Positions 40,151 to 53,487 of a DNA stretch of 64,000 nucleotides are shown piece by piece. The stretch covers positions 26,102,001 through 26,166,000 of the forward strand of contig NC_091987.1 in assembly GCF_044704955.1 (NCBI RefSeq), in the 5' to 3' direction. Position 1 is the stretch's first letter. Each line of letters starts with the position of its first letter. Both the position numbers and the translations under genes were made by a program. This stretch comes from Pristiophorus japonicus. Its lineage: Eukaryota. The notes below the pieces were generated by a model. The model had not been told where the DNA came from. It did not search any database and saw only the letters and a list, made by a program, of their open reading frames with translations.

Positions 40151-42221
40151 TAAGAGAACAAGGAAGTTATTCTAGAACTGTACATAACAATAGTTACGCC
40201 AGAGCTGGAGTACTGCTTGCTGTTCTTGTCACCATATTGCAGAAAATATGTGATTGCATTAGAAAGGATTCAGATTTAGCAGGATGTTGCCACGACTGGA
40301 AAACATTTGCTATGAGGAAAGATTGCAGAGGCTGGGACTGGTATCTTTACAGCAGAAGAGGCTGAGCGGAGATTTAATTGAGCTTTATAAAATTATGAGC
40401 TGCCTATATAGAGTGGATAGGAAGGATATTTCCCTTAGCAGAGGGGCCAATAACCAGGGGGCATAGATTTAAAGTATTTGGTAGAAGGATTAGAGGCAAG
40501 ATGACGAAAAGAAAAATCCTCCACAGGGTAGTGGCGTCTGGAATTTACTGCCTGAAAGGGTGGTAGCGGCAGAAACCCTCACCACATTTAAAAAGGGCTT
40601 GGATGTGCATTTAAAGAGCCGTGGGCTACAGGGCTATGGACATCGTGCTGGAAGGTGGGATTAAGCTTGGTTGATCATTTTCGACCAACACGGACACGAT
40701 GCGTCGAACGGGCTCCATCTGTGTCGTAACTTGCTATGATTCTATGAAACCACTTCTGTTCAGACATAGAGGCTACACCAGGGAACGGGTGGTCCCAAAG
40801 TACCAACCCATATAATTAACCCTCCACGTCAGAAAATAGTTCGCATCGCAATTACTCGCCCTCTCTTCCGACATGAACAAACACATACGAACTCTGTAGT
40901 TGGCTAGACCGCCGGATCTCACGGTTAATTAGAAGCAGTGGCCTCAGCAACTGAGCCAGTTGCACAACTCGCCCCATTCGCCACCAGTCAGACACGTATC
41001 AGGACAGCGTGCCGAGACCGTAACTCGATCCTGTCTCATACTGCTTTGAACCAGACCCTCTCAATATTATGGCATACGAGAAGTGAGGGATCAGAAGGTT
41101 ACCCCACTTCTCGTGATGTAATTTCTGACTGTCAATCTTACCCCATGCTGCCTGCAATTTGTCCAGTTGCGGAATCAGCCCCCAACCTGTACGATGAAGT
41201 TAGACAATCTCCTCAATATCCTCTGACCGCTATTTCCAGGCACGTATTCTCTGTTTAAAACGATACTGACACAGAAATGTTATTTATGTTTTCATTCACT
41301 GCCAACTCCTTCTGCCAGTAATGTCGTCATGCTGCAGCTTAACTTATTAACTGTTGCTTAAACTTTCTACTTCAACTTGATAATTGAAAGTAATATGGTG
41401 GTGAATAATTTGGGCATAATGGAATTTTTGAAAACAAAGTCGCTTTACTTACATTTTCGTAACATGAATATAGAATTGCCTTGTTAACGGTAAATGTGCC
41501 CTTAATCTAAGTTAATTTGTCTGTCTATCTGCGNNNNNNNNNNNNNNNNNNNNNNNNNNNNNNNNNNNNNNNNNNNNNNNNNNNNNNNNNNNNNNNNNNN
41601 NNNNNNNNNNNNNNNNNNNNNNNNNNNNNNNNNNNNNNNNNNNNNNNNNNNNNNNNNNNNNNNNNNNNNNNNTCTTTCTATCTATCGAATATATCTCTCG
41701 TACGCTATTTTTTAAGTAGTACTGTTTAAATAAATGATATATCATAGATTACTTTTTTATTTATATTGACTCACCTACTTTTTGTCAATATGTCTTCTTT
41801 TTTTATCGACCCACCTGCCACTAGATACAGTTTGTCTTTATTTACTGCATCAAAACTCTGGAATTATTTTAAGCAGCACTTTTAGCCTCCACTTAACATT
41901 CACTGCTGTAAGCGGAACAACTCAAACAACCAGGAAACAGTAAACCTTGGAACATTGAAACGTGTGACGGATGTTTCACACTATGCAGCCGCGAGGTGGC
42001 GCTGCAGATATTTTCTCACGGGAACCGTGCCACCTGACAGATGTTCGAGTATCTGTTGAAAGCCGTTAACTCACTTGTCTATCAGACTCTTGGTGCCATC
42101 TGAAGTGGTTTTAAAAGAATTCGGCAGTGCAGCTGCGTCAAGAATGTAACCCTTTAATTGTTGTTTAGCACATGGGAACTGAAATTCGCACTGCCTTAAA
42201 CTGGAGGCATTTTTCTCCCAA

Positions 42222-45200
42222 CATAGAAACATAGAACATAGAAAATCGGTGCAGGAGCAGGCCATTCAGCCCTTCTAGCCTGCACCGCCATTCAATGAGT
42301 TCATGGCTGAACATGAAACTTCAATACCCCCTTCCTGCTTTCTCGCCATAACCCTTGATCCCCCGAGTAGTAAGGACTTCATCTAACTCCCTTTTGAATA
42401 TATTTAGTGAATTGGACTCAACTACTTTCTGTGGTAGAGAATTCCACAGGTTCACCACTCTCTGGGTGAAGAAGTTTCTCCTCATCTCGGTCCTAAATGG
42501 TTTACCCCTTATCCTCAGACTGTGACCCCTGGTTCTGGACTTCCCCAACATTGGGAACATTCTTCCTGCATCTAACCTGTCTAAACCCGTCAGAATTTTA
42601 AACGTTTCTATGAGGTCCCCTCTCATTCTTCTGAACTCCAGTGAATACAAGCCCAGTTGATCCAGTCTTTCTTGATAGGTCAGTCCCGCCATCCCGGGAA
42701 TCAGTCTGGTGAATCTTCGCTGCACTCCCTCAATAGCAAGAATGTCCTTCCTCAAGTTAGGAGACCAAAACTGTACACAATACTCCAGGTGTGGCCTCAC
42801 CAAGGCCCTGTATAACTGTAGCAACACCTCCCTGCCCCTCTATTCAAATCCCCTCGCTATGAAGGCCAACATGCCATTTGCTTTCTTAACCGCCTGCTGT
42901 ACCTGCATGCTAACCTTCAATGACTGATGTACCATGACACCCAGGTCTCGTTGCACCTTCCCTTTTCCTAAAATGTCACCATTCAGATAATAGTCTGTCT
43001 CTCTGTTTTTACCAACAAAGTGGATAGCCTCACATTTATCCACATTATACTTCATCTGCCATGCATTTGCCCACTCACCTAACCTATCCAAGTCACTCTG
43101 CAGCCTCGTTGCATCCTCCTCGCAGCTCACACTGCCACCCAACTTAGTGTCATCCGCAAATTTGGAGATGCTGCATTTAATCCCCTCGTCTAAATCATTA
43201 ATGTACAATGTAAACAGCTGGGGCCCCAGCACAGAACCTTGCGGCACCCCACTAGTCACTGCCTGCCATTCTGAAAAGTACCCGTTTACTCCTACTCTTT
43301 GCTTCCTGTCTGACAACCAGTTCTCAATCCACGTCAGCACACTACCCCCAATCCCATGTGCTTTAACTTTGCACATTAATCTCTTGTGTGGGACCTTGTC
43401 GAAAGCCTTCTGAAAGTCCAAATATAACACATCAACTGGTTCTCCTTTGTCCACTTTACTGGAAACATCCTCAAAAAATTCCAGAAGATTTGTCAAGCAT
43501 GATTTCCCTTTGACAAATCCATGCTGACTTGGACCTATCATGTCACCATTTTCCAGATGCACTGCTATGACATCCTTAATAATTGATTCCATCATTTTAC
43601 CCACTACTGAGGTCAGGCTGACCGGTCTATAATTCCCTGTTTTCTCTCTCCCTCCTTTTTTAAAAAGTGGGGTTACATTGGCTACCCTCCACTCCATAGG
43701 AACTGATCCAGAGTCAATGGAATGTTGGAAAATGACTGTCAATGCATCCGCTATTTCCAAGGCCACCTCCTTAAGTACTCTGGGATGCAGTCCATCAGGC
43801 CCTGGGGATTTATCGGCCTTCAATCCCATCAATTTCCCCAACACAATTTCCCGACTAATAAAGATTTCCCTCAGTTCCCCCTCCTTACTAGACCCTCTGA
43901 CCCCTTTTATATCCGGAAGGTTGTTTGTATCCTCCTTAGTGAATACCGAACCAAAGTACTTGTTCATTTGGTCTGCCATTTCTTTGTTCCCCGTTATGAC
44001 TTCCCCTGATTCTGACTGCAGGGGACCTACGTTTGTCTTTACTAACCTTTTTCTCTTTACATACCTATAGAAACTTTTGCAATCCATCTTAATGTTCCCT
44101 GCAAGCTTCTTCTCGTACTCCATTTTCCCTGCCCTAATCAAACCCTTTGTCCTCCTCTGCTGAGTTCTAAATTTCTCCCAGTCCCCAGGTTCGCTGCTAT
44201 TTCTGGCCAATTTGTATGCCACTTCCTTGGCTTTAATACTATCCCTGATTTCCCTAGATAGCCACGGTTGAGCCAACTTCCCTTTTTTATTTTTACGCCA
44301 GACAGGAATGTACAATTGTTGTAATTCATCCATGCGGTCTCTAAATGTCTGCCATTGCCCATCCACAGTCAACCCCCTAAGTATCATTCGCCAATCTATC
44401 CTAGCCAATTCACGCCTCATACCTTCAAAGTTACCCTTCTTTAAGTTCTGGACCATGGTCTCTGAATTAACTGTTTCATTCTCCATCCTAATGCAGAATT
44501 CCACCATATTATGGTCACTCTTCCCCAAGGGGCCTCGCACAATGAGATTGCTAATTAATCCTCTCTCATTACACAACACCCAGTTTAAGATGGCCTCCCC
44601 CCTAGTTGGTTCCTCAACATATTGGTCTAGAAAACCATCCCTTATGCCCTCCAGGAAATCCTCCTCCACCATATTGCTTCCAGTTTGGCTAGCCCAATCT
44701 ATGTGCATATTAAAGTCACCCATTATAACTGCTACACCTTTATTGCATGCACCCCTAATTTCCTGTTTGATGCCCTCCCCAACATTCCTATTACTGTTTG
44801 GAGGTCTGTACACAACTCCTACTAACGTTTTTTGCCCTTTGGTGTTCTGCAGCTCTACCCATATAGATTCCACATCATCCAATGTCTTTCCTAACTATTG
44901 CATTAATCTCCTCTTTAACCAACAATGCTACCCCACCTCCTTTTCCTTTTATTCTATCCTTCCTGAATGTTGAATACCCCTGAATGTTGAGTTCCCAGCC
45001 CTGATCATCCTGGAGCCACGTCTCCGTAATCCCAATCACATCATATTTATTAACATCTATTTGCACAATTAATTCATCCACCTTATTGCGGATACTCCTT
45101 GCATTAAGACACAAAGCCTTCAGGCTTGTTTTTTTAACACCCTTTGTCCTTTTAGAATTTTACTGTACAGTGGCCCTTTTTGTTCTTTGCCTTGGGTTTC

Positions 45201-46167
45201 TCCGCCCTCCACCTTTCCTCATCTCCTTTCTGTCTTTTGCTTTTGCCTCCTTTTTGTTTCCCTCTGTCTCCCTGCATTGGTTCCCATCCCCCTGCCATAT
45301 TAGTTTAAATCCTCCCCAACAGCACTAGCAAACACTCCCCCTAGGACATTGATTCCGGTCCTGCCCAGGTGCAGACCGTCCGGTTTGTACTGGTCCCACC
45401 TCCCCCAGAACCGGTCCCAATGCCCCAGGAATTTGAATCCCTCCCTGCTGCACCACTGCTCAAGCCACGTATTCATCTGCGCTATCCTGCGATTCCTACT
45501 CTGACTATCACGTGGCACTGGTAGCAATCCCGAGATTACTACTTTTGAGGTCCTACTTTTTAATTTAGCTCCTAGCTCCTTAAATTCGTTTCGTAGGACC
45601 TCATCCCTTTTTTTACCTATGTCGTTGGTACCAATGTGCACCACGACAACTGGCTGTTCTCCCTCCCATTTCAGAATGTCCTGCACCCGCTCCGAGACAT
45701 CCTTGACCCTTGCACCAGGGAGGCAACATACCATCCTGGAGTCTCGGTTGCGGCCGCAGAAACGCCTATCTATTCCCCTCACCATTGAATCCCCTATCAC
45801 TATTGCTGTCCCACTCTTTTTCTTGCCCTCCTGTGCAGCAGAGCCAGCCACGGTGCCATGAACTTGGCTGCTGCTGCTCTCCCCTGATGAGTCATCCCCC
45901 TCAACAGTACTCAAAACAGTGTATCTGTTTTGCAGGGGGATGACCACAACGGACCCCTGCACTACCTTCCTTGCAGTACTCTTCCTGCTGGTCTTCCATT
46001 CCCTAGCTGGCTGTGGACCCTTTCCCTGCGGTAAGACCAGCTCACTACACGTGATACTCACGTCATTCTCAGCATCGTGGATGCTACAGAGCGAATCCAT
46101 CCTCAGCTCCAACTCCGCAACGCGGACAGTCAGGAGCTGGAGGTGGATACACTTCCTGCACACGTAG
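42222..46167 (-). mobile_element. Young, 5'-truncated CR1 LINE with open ORF1 (45300-46163) and ORF2 broken by two small lesions
   Basis: 680-aa ORF 42840..44882 (EN + RT, KFADD) plus 44875..45114 and 42321..42827; empty site in paralog at ~57050. Confidence 0.95.
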
Positions 46168-47376
46168 TTCTCTGTTTTATAGAATTATACAATTGTAAGC
46201 ACAGAAGGAGGGCATTCGAGCCTCTTCCCGCTGTAAGAAATAGCTATCCAATTAGTCCCACATTATCCTCCTCCCACCCCTCTTCATCTCCCTACATCAG
46301 CATAACCCTTTCTCTCACATGTCCTTATTTAGCTTCCACTCAGCGCAAATATGCTGTTCACACCAACCACTCCTTGTGTTAAACTTTTAATATTCCCATC
46401 ACTCTTTGTTTAAGTAGAAGCTTCTGAATTCTCTTGTAGATGTATTAATGACGATGTTATATTAAGTGCCACTAGTTGTGGTCACCCCTATATAATTAGT
46501 CCCACCGCCTGCCCTTACCCAATAGTGATTAATTTATGCTCCTTTTCAAGTATGATCCCAATTCCCATTTGGAACTTACTATTGAGTTTGCTTCCACGCA
46601 CTTTCAGGCAGTGTATTCCATATCATGATAATCTGCTGAGTTAAAAATATTCTCCTGAAAGAAGGAAGGAAAGATAACAAAGTAAGGACGACAGACTCAA
46701 AGAAAGGATAGAATGAAATAAACAAGGAAGAATGATGGAAATTGAAATCTATGGCCAGCTTAATGGAAAGATGTGAAAGATGGAGAGGGTACAGAGGAGA
46801 TTTACGAGGATGTTGCCTCGACTGGATAATTTTAGCTATGAGGAAAGATTGTATAGGTTGGGTTTGTTTTCTGTGGAACAGAGGTGGCTGAGGGCAGAGC
46901 TTATTGAGGTGTAAAAAATGATGCGGTGCCTAGATAGAGTAGATAGCAAGGAGCTGTTTCCCTCCGCAGAGGGGTCAACAACCAAGGGGACATAGACTTA
47001 AAGTAGTTGGTAGGAGGTTTAGAGGGGATTTTAGGGGAAATGTTTTCAGCTGAGGTTCTGGAAGTCACTGCCTGAAAGGATGGTAGTGGCACAAACCCTC
47101 ACCACATTTAAAAAGTGCCGTAACCTTCAGTGCTAGGACCCAGAGCTGGTAAGTGGGATGTGGCTGGATAGTTCTTTTTCGGCCAGCGCGGACACGATGG
47201 ATCGAAATTGCTTCCTTACGGGCAGTAAATTTCTATGAGTCAATGATTAAAGTCAGTGGCGGATATATTTGCCCTGACGCAATTTCCGCTTTATGTCGTA
47301 TTTTGCATGCACTCAGTCTTTCTCACTCTCTTAAAGCCAGAACAAGTAGCTGAACGGGTCTTAGATCCCCCGCAAA

Positions 47377-48081
47377 ATGCGATTCCATTATCTCGTCAGT
47401 GCTGTTTTTTTTCTGAAGCTGAGTATGTTAAAATTCTGTTGCAATCACCGTGCGATATTTGCTCAACTCAGAGCAATATTCAATGATCTAAATAATTCTA
47501 CGTGGCGGAGAAAACCGCGTTGAAGTAACATATCAGCAATCAATTAATTAATAGATTCTGACGCATTAATCTGCACATTTTTTGAACCAATAGTGTGATG
47601 AATTTCATTGCAATCGTTTAATAGTGGCTCATTCATTCAACTTTGTAGATTCCGCTCTTCTATTTTACAGTTGCATGTTCCCTGGTGCTTGCGGGAAATT
47701 TGGACAAAGGCTGAATTTCTATTGATAATTCAGCACAACCCTAGCACGTATTCTTGCAAGTCTTAATTCTGTCCCCCCTAATTGCTGTTTCCAGGTGGTT
47801 CCCAGGGCGATGTGCTGCATCAGTGGCCCCGTTCGCTTAGCGTCAGCCAACTGAACTGTTGTCAGAATGGGACGGTTCGCAGCTACATGCTGTGGTATCG
47901 TCAGACCGCCGACGGAGCTTGGGCCTTAATCGGGTCTATTTACCAAAGCAATGACGTTCAGTATGAAAAGAGTTTCGACAGCGGGTTTGCCATCACAAGG
48001 ACGAAGGACAAAATGAAATCCACGCTGAAGATCGACAGCATTAAACCCAACGATCTGGCGGTGTATTTCTGTGCAGCTACT
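47377..48081 (+). pseudogene. TRBV: TCR V pseudogene D1 (leader 47377-47422, V exon from 47795)
   Basis: MRFHYLVSAVFFLKLS leader; open frame but 15-nt FR1 deletion relative to D2; coding end and heptamer deleted; most of spacer and nonamer ACAATAACC retained. Confidence 0.9.
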
Positions 48082-49838
48082 CAGAGTCATACGCAGCCTC
48101 GACAATAACCCTCAGATGGTCCGCCTCAGACTTCTGTAACTTTATAGTGGATTCAGAGAAGAGCTCGCAGTGCACAGTTCTGATCGCGATGCACCTGGGT
48201 TAGACTGCAATTAAACTACCTTACAGAGCTATATGGCATAATGTAGCATCGTGGTTATGTTGCTGGAATAGGAATCCAGTGACATAAGTTCAAATCCCAC
48301 CGCGACAGCTGGTGAAAATGCAGTCATAATAATTAAATAAATCTGGAATATCAGTAAATATGGCAACTAGCGGCTTGTCTTAAAAACCCATCTGTTTCCG
48401 TAATTTCCTTTAGGGAAGGAAATCTGCCTCTCTTACCCAGTCTGGCCTATATTTGACTCTGGACCCAACGTGGTTGTCTCTTTAATGGCCTAGCTATCCA
48501 CTCAGTTGTATTCAAGAATGCAGCTCTCCACCGCTTTCTCGAGGGTAATTAGCGATGGGCAAAAAATGTTGTCCTTTCCTGCGATGTTGAACAACCTTGA
48601 TTGAATGCAAAAAACACTGTTCTGTGCTCAATATAGCGTTGGATTGGACCAAAAGTAGAATGATTTAAGATTGTGAAAGGGTAGGCATAGAGAAGAAGTT
48701 TCCTCTTGTGGGGAGCAGACCTAGGGGCCATAAATATAAGATAGTCATCAATAAACGCAGTAGGGAATTGAGGAGAAACCTCAGTGGTGAGCATGTGAAA
48801 CTCGCTATCGTGAGGACTGCTTGAGGCAAATACCATAGAAGCTAGATAAAGACGAGAGGAAGAAAGGAATAGCAGTTTCTGCTGATAGGGTGAGATGAAG
48901 CAGGGTTGTGGAGGAAGCTCTGTCGAGCACAAAAAGCGACATAGACCTGTTTCCTGGAGTAATTTAGATGTAATTCAATGTAAGAAGCATCACCATCTGA
49001 GAGAAAGGTGAGCATAATTAAACGGTCGATCAATTTCAGGACTGACTTGAAAATGTCGACCAAATCTGCTGTACTGTGAAAGAAACAAACCCCAGTTGTT
49101 TGTAGTTGTACATTGTCGCCACTAGCTGCCGCTGTAGCTTCACTGTAGCCTGTGCCACGAACTGCCATTGGCACAGACTGAGCAACGCAGCCACAGATGT
49201 ACGAGTCCCCCTAATGGTCAATTCGGTTGGTTCTGTAAACCTTTCAGTTCCACACCATTTGGCACAAAAGCCAGTTAGACTTCCTCATTTCTGCTGCTTT
49301 CTATTGATATTGAATGAGTCACATCAGCTACCAGTCTATAAATCCGCTTTATTTTCCATTACTGCTTTTTTGATTTGCAGAAGTAAATTAATAATCTGCA
49401 AATCCATATGTACGCTAATGACACATAGCTCTACCTTACCACCATCTCTCTCGACTCCTCCACTGTCTCTGATTTATTTCAATACTTGTCCCACATCCAG
49501 TACTGGATGAGAAGAAATTTCCTACAACTAAATGTCGCCATCAACTCTGTTCCAGTGCCTCTGAATCCATGCCTCTCCCTGGTAACTGTATGACTCTGAA
49601 CCAGTCTGTTCACAATCGAGATTTCATATTTGGCCACGAGATGTGCTTCCAACAACATACAGAATCCTCGGAACTTACAGCAAAATGGTCCGGATTGGAG
49701 TCGGCACCATTTCCATTCAGTACACCCTCTGCTGTACCTCAATAGCGACCAGAACTGTATGCAGTACTCCAAGAGTGGTCTAACCAGGGTTAGATACAGG
49801 ATTAGCATAATATCCCTATTTTTCCAGTTCTATACCTC

Positions 49839-52800
49839 TAGAAACATAGAAACATAGAAGCATAGAAAAGAGGTGCAGGAGAAGGCCATTCGGCCCTTCC
49901 AGCTTGCACCACCATTCAAGAAGATGATGGCTGATCATCACCTCAGTACCCTTTCCCTGCTTTCTCTCCATACCCCTTGATCCCTTTAGCCATAAGGGCC
50001 ATATCTAACTCCCGATTGAATATATCCAATGAACTGGCATCAACAACTCTCTGCGGTAGGGAATTCCACAGGATAACAACTCTCTGAGTGAACAAGTTTC
50101 TCCTCGTCTCGGTCCTAAAGGGCTTACCCCTTATCCTTAGATTGTGACCCCTGGTCCTGGGCTTCCCCAACATCGGGAAAATTCTTCCTGCATCTAACCT
50201 GTCCAGTCCCATCAGTATTTAGTATGTTTCTATGAGATCCCCCATCATTTTTCTAAGCTCCAGTTAATGCAGGCCACGTCGATCCAGTTTTTCCTCATCT
50301 GTCAGTCCTGCCAGCCCAAGAATCAGTCTAGTGAACCTTCGCTACACTCCTTCAATAGCAAGAACGTCCTTCCGCAGATTAGGAGACCAAAACTGAACAC
50401 AATATTCCAGGAGAGGCTTCACCTAGGCCCTGTACAACTGCAGTAAGACCACCCTGCTCCTATACTCAAATCCCGTAGCTATGAAGGCCAACATTCAATT
50501 TGCCTTCTTCACCGCCTGCTGTACCTGCATGCAAACTTTCAACGACTGATGTACCATGACACCCAGGTCTCTTTGCACCTCCCCTTTTCCTAATCTGCCG
50601 CCATTCAGATAATATTCCGTCTTCGTGTTTTTGCCACCAAAGTGGATAACCTCACATTTATCCGCATTATACTGCATCTGCCATGCATTTGCCCACTCAC
50701 CTACCCTGTCCAGGTCACGCTGCACCCTCTTAGCATCATCCTCGCAGCTCACACCGCCACCCAGCTTAGTGTCACCTGCAAATTTGGAGATATTACACTC
50801 AATTCCTTCACCTAATGTATATTGTAAATAGCTGGGGTCCCAGCACTGAGCCCTGCGGCACCCCACTAGTCACTGCCTGCCATTCTGAAAAGGACCCGTT
50901 TATCCCGACTCTCTGCTTTCTGTTTGCCAACGAGTTCTCTGTCTATGTCAATACCCCCAATACCATGTTCTTTAATTTTGCTCATCAATCTCTTGTGTGG
51001 GACCAAGTCAAAAGCCTTTTGAAAGTCCAAACACACTACATCCACTGTTTCTCCCTTGTCCACTCTACTAGTTACATCCTCAAAAAATTCTAGAAGATTT
51101 ATCAAGCATGATTTCTCTTTCATAAATCCATGCTAACTTGGACCGATCCTGTCACTGCTTTCCAAATGAGCTGTTATTTCAATTTTACTATTTGATACCA
51201 ACATTTTCCCCACCACTGATGTCAGGCTAACAGGTCTATAATTCTCCGTTTTCTCTCTCCCTCCTTTATTAAAAAGTGGTGTTATATTAGCTACCCTCCA
51301 GTCCACAGGAACTGATCCACAGTCGGTAGAATGTTGGAAAATGATCAGCAATGCATCCACTAATTCTGGGGCCATTTCCTTATGTACTCTGGGATGCAGA
51401 CTAGCAGGCCCTGGGGATTTACCGGCCTTCAATCCCATCAATTTCCCGAACAAAATTTCCTGATTAATAAGGATTTCCTTCACTTCCTCCTTCTCCCTAC
51501 ACCCTCTGTCCCCTAGTATTTCCGAACGGTTATTTGTGACTTCCTTTGTGAAGACAGAACTGAAGTATTTATTCAATTGGTCTGCCATTTCTTTGTTCCC
51601 CATTATATATTGACCTGATTCTGATTGCAACGCATCTACGTTTGTCTTCACTAATGTTTTTCTCTTCACCTATCTATAGAAGCTTTTGCAGTCAACTTTT
51701 ATGTTCCCAGCAAGCTTCCTCTCATACTCTATTTTCCTGCTCCTAATTACATCCTTTGTCCTCCTCTGCTGAATTCTAAATTTGTCCAAGTTCTCAGATT
51801 TGCTGCTTTTTCTGGCCAATTGATATGCCTCTTCATTGGATTTAGCACTATTGTTAATTTCCCTTGTTAGCCACAGTTGAGCCACCTTCCCCGTTTAATT
51901 TTTTTTACTCCAGACAGGGATGTACAATTGCTGAAGTTCATCCATGTAATCCTTAAATGTTTGCCTTTGCCTAACCACCCTCAACCCTTTAAGTATCATT
52001 CGCCAGTCTATTCTCGCCAATTCACGTCTCATACCATCGAAGTTACCTTTCCCTAAGTTCAGGACCCTAGTCTGTGAATTAACGGTGTCACTCTCCGTCT
52101 TAATAAAGAATTCAACCATATTATGATCGCTCTTTCCCAAGGGGTCTCGAAAAACAAGATTGCAAATTGGTCCTTTCTCATTAGACATCACCCATTCTAG
52201 GATGGCCAGCCCTCTAGTTGGTTCCTCGACATATTGGTCGAGAAAAGCATCCCTAATACACTCCAGGTTATCCCCCTCCACCGTATTGCTACCATTTTGG
52301 CTAGCCCAATCAATATGTAGATTAACGTCGCCCATGATAACTGCTGTAGCCTTATTGCATGCATCCCTAATTTCTTGTTGATGCTGTCCCCACCTCACTG
52401 CTACTATTTGGTGGTCTGTACCCAACTCCCACTAGCATTTTCTGTCCTTTGGTATTCCACAGCTCTACGCATACAGATTCCACAACACACAAGCTAATGT
52501 CCTTCCTTACTATTGCATTAATTTTCTCTTTAACAAGCAACCCTACCCAACCCCCTTTTCCTTTCTGTCTATCTGACTGAATGTTGAATGCCCCTGGATG
52601 TTGTATCCCAGCCTTGGTCACCTGGAGCCATGTCTCCATAATGCGAATTATATCATATTCATTAATAGCTGCCTGCACAGTTAATTCTAACATCTTATTA
52701 CAAATACGCCTCGCATTCAGGCACAGAGCCTTCAGGCTTGTCTTTTTAAAACACTTTGCCCCTTTAGAATTTTGCTGTCATGTGGCCCTTTTTGATTTAT

Positions 52801-53116
52801 GCCTTCGGTTTCTCTGCCCTCCACTATTACTTTTCTTCTTTCTATCTTTTGCCTCTGCCCACATTCTACTTTCCTCTGTCTCCCTGCATAGGTTCCCATC
52901 CCCCTGCCATATTAGTTTAACCCCTCCCCAACTGCACTAGCAAACACTCCCCCTAGGACAAGGGTTCCGGTCCTGCCCAGATGCAGACCATCCGGTTTGT
53001 ACTTGTCCCACCTCCCCCAGAAATGGCTCCAATGATCCAGGAATTTTAATCCCTCCCTCTTGCACCATTCCTCAAGCCACATACTCATCTTAGCTATCCT
53101 TCAATTCCTACTCTGA
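49839..53116 (-). mobile_element. CR1 LINE (ORF1 3' end + decayed ORF2)
   Basis: ORFs 49943-52693; absent from paralog at ~60735-60787. Confidence 0.92.
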
Positions 53117-53487
53117 CTAGCAAGTTTTTATATTTATAAATGTAGAACATATTTGTCTCCAGCCCCTGCTAGAAATTTGTTTCCAACTCTGGGACACACA
53201 CCTTAGGAAGGATGGCTTGACCACAAGGAACTTGCAGGAGAGTTTTACCAGACTGGTAGCAGGAATGAGGGACTTCAGTTCCATGGAGAGTTCGGCGAAG
53301 CTGGGACCGGGCGGGGCTGGTAGACTGCAGCTGCCTGTCACTCTGCAACGGGGCGGGGTGTGGAGTGAGCAGACAGCCGCTGTCAGTCGCACTGAACTGC
53401 AGGGACAGAAACTGTCACGCGGGCGCCACGAGTGCAGATTCTTGCAAATTGCTCGCTCTTTTTCTCTTTTGCAAACTGTTAACGGAA

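Larger units (their letters stand above)
34645..40745 (+). mobile_element. Old CR1 fragment (34645-34842 and ~40150-40745) split by a nested RTE and a younger CR1
   Basis: GRGIEY at ~34842 resumes as the KEVILELY region at ~40160; CTATGATTCTATG tail at 40745. Confidence 0.8.
27400..41510 (-). other. Candidate endogenous viral element: fragmented, decayed Mononegavirales-like L polymerase gene (discontinuous islands between TE insertions)
   Basis: Colinear minus-strand motifs LSCSMTTLLAEG (41307-41342), GLIPQL (41164-41181), ELFS...YFGTTRSL (40779-40842), VTCTVRFAEL (34602-34631), EPSPKFRKRKLELL (34234-34276), CC...SENQL (32770-32843), VNMIAHP (32016-32036), LGIG/NSS...VTLS...NSL (28880-29030); compared from memory only. 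Confidence 0.5.

Noticed and set aside
40746-41260. Possible trypsinogen exon, as found in mammalian TRB loci
   Set aside because: No serine-protease motifs (IVGG, AAHC, GDSGGP) seen in the frames read
43147-44973. Long plus-strand ORFs (also many similar ones in the track)
   Set aside because: Antisense shadows of CR1 ORF2
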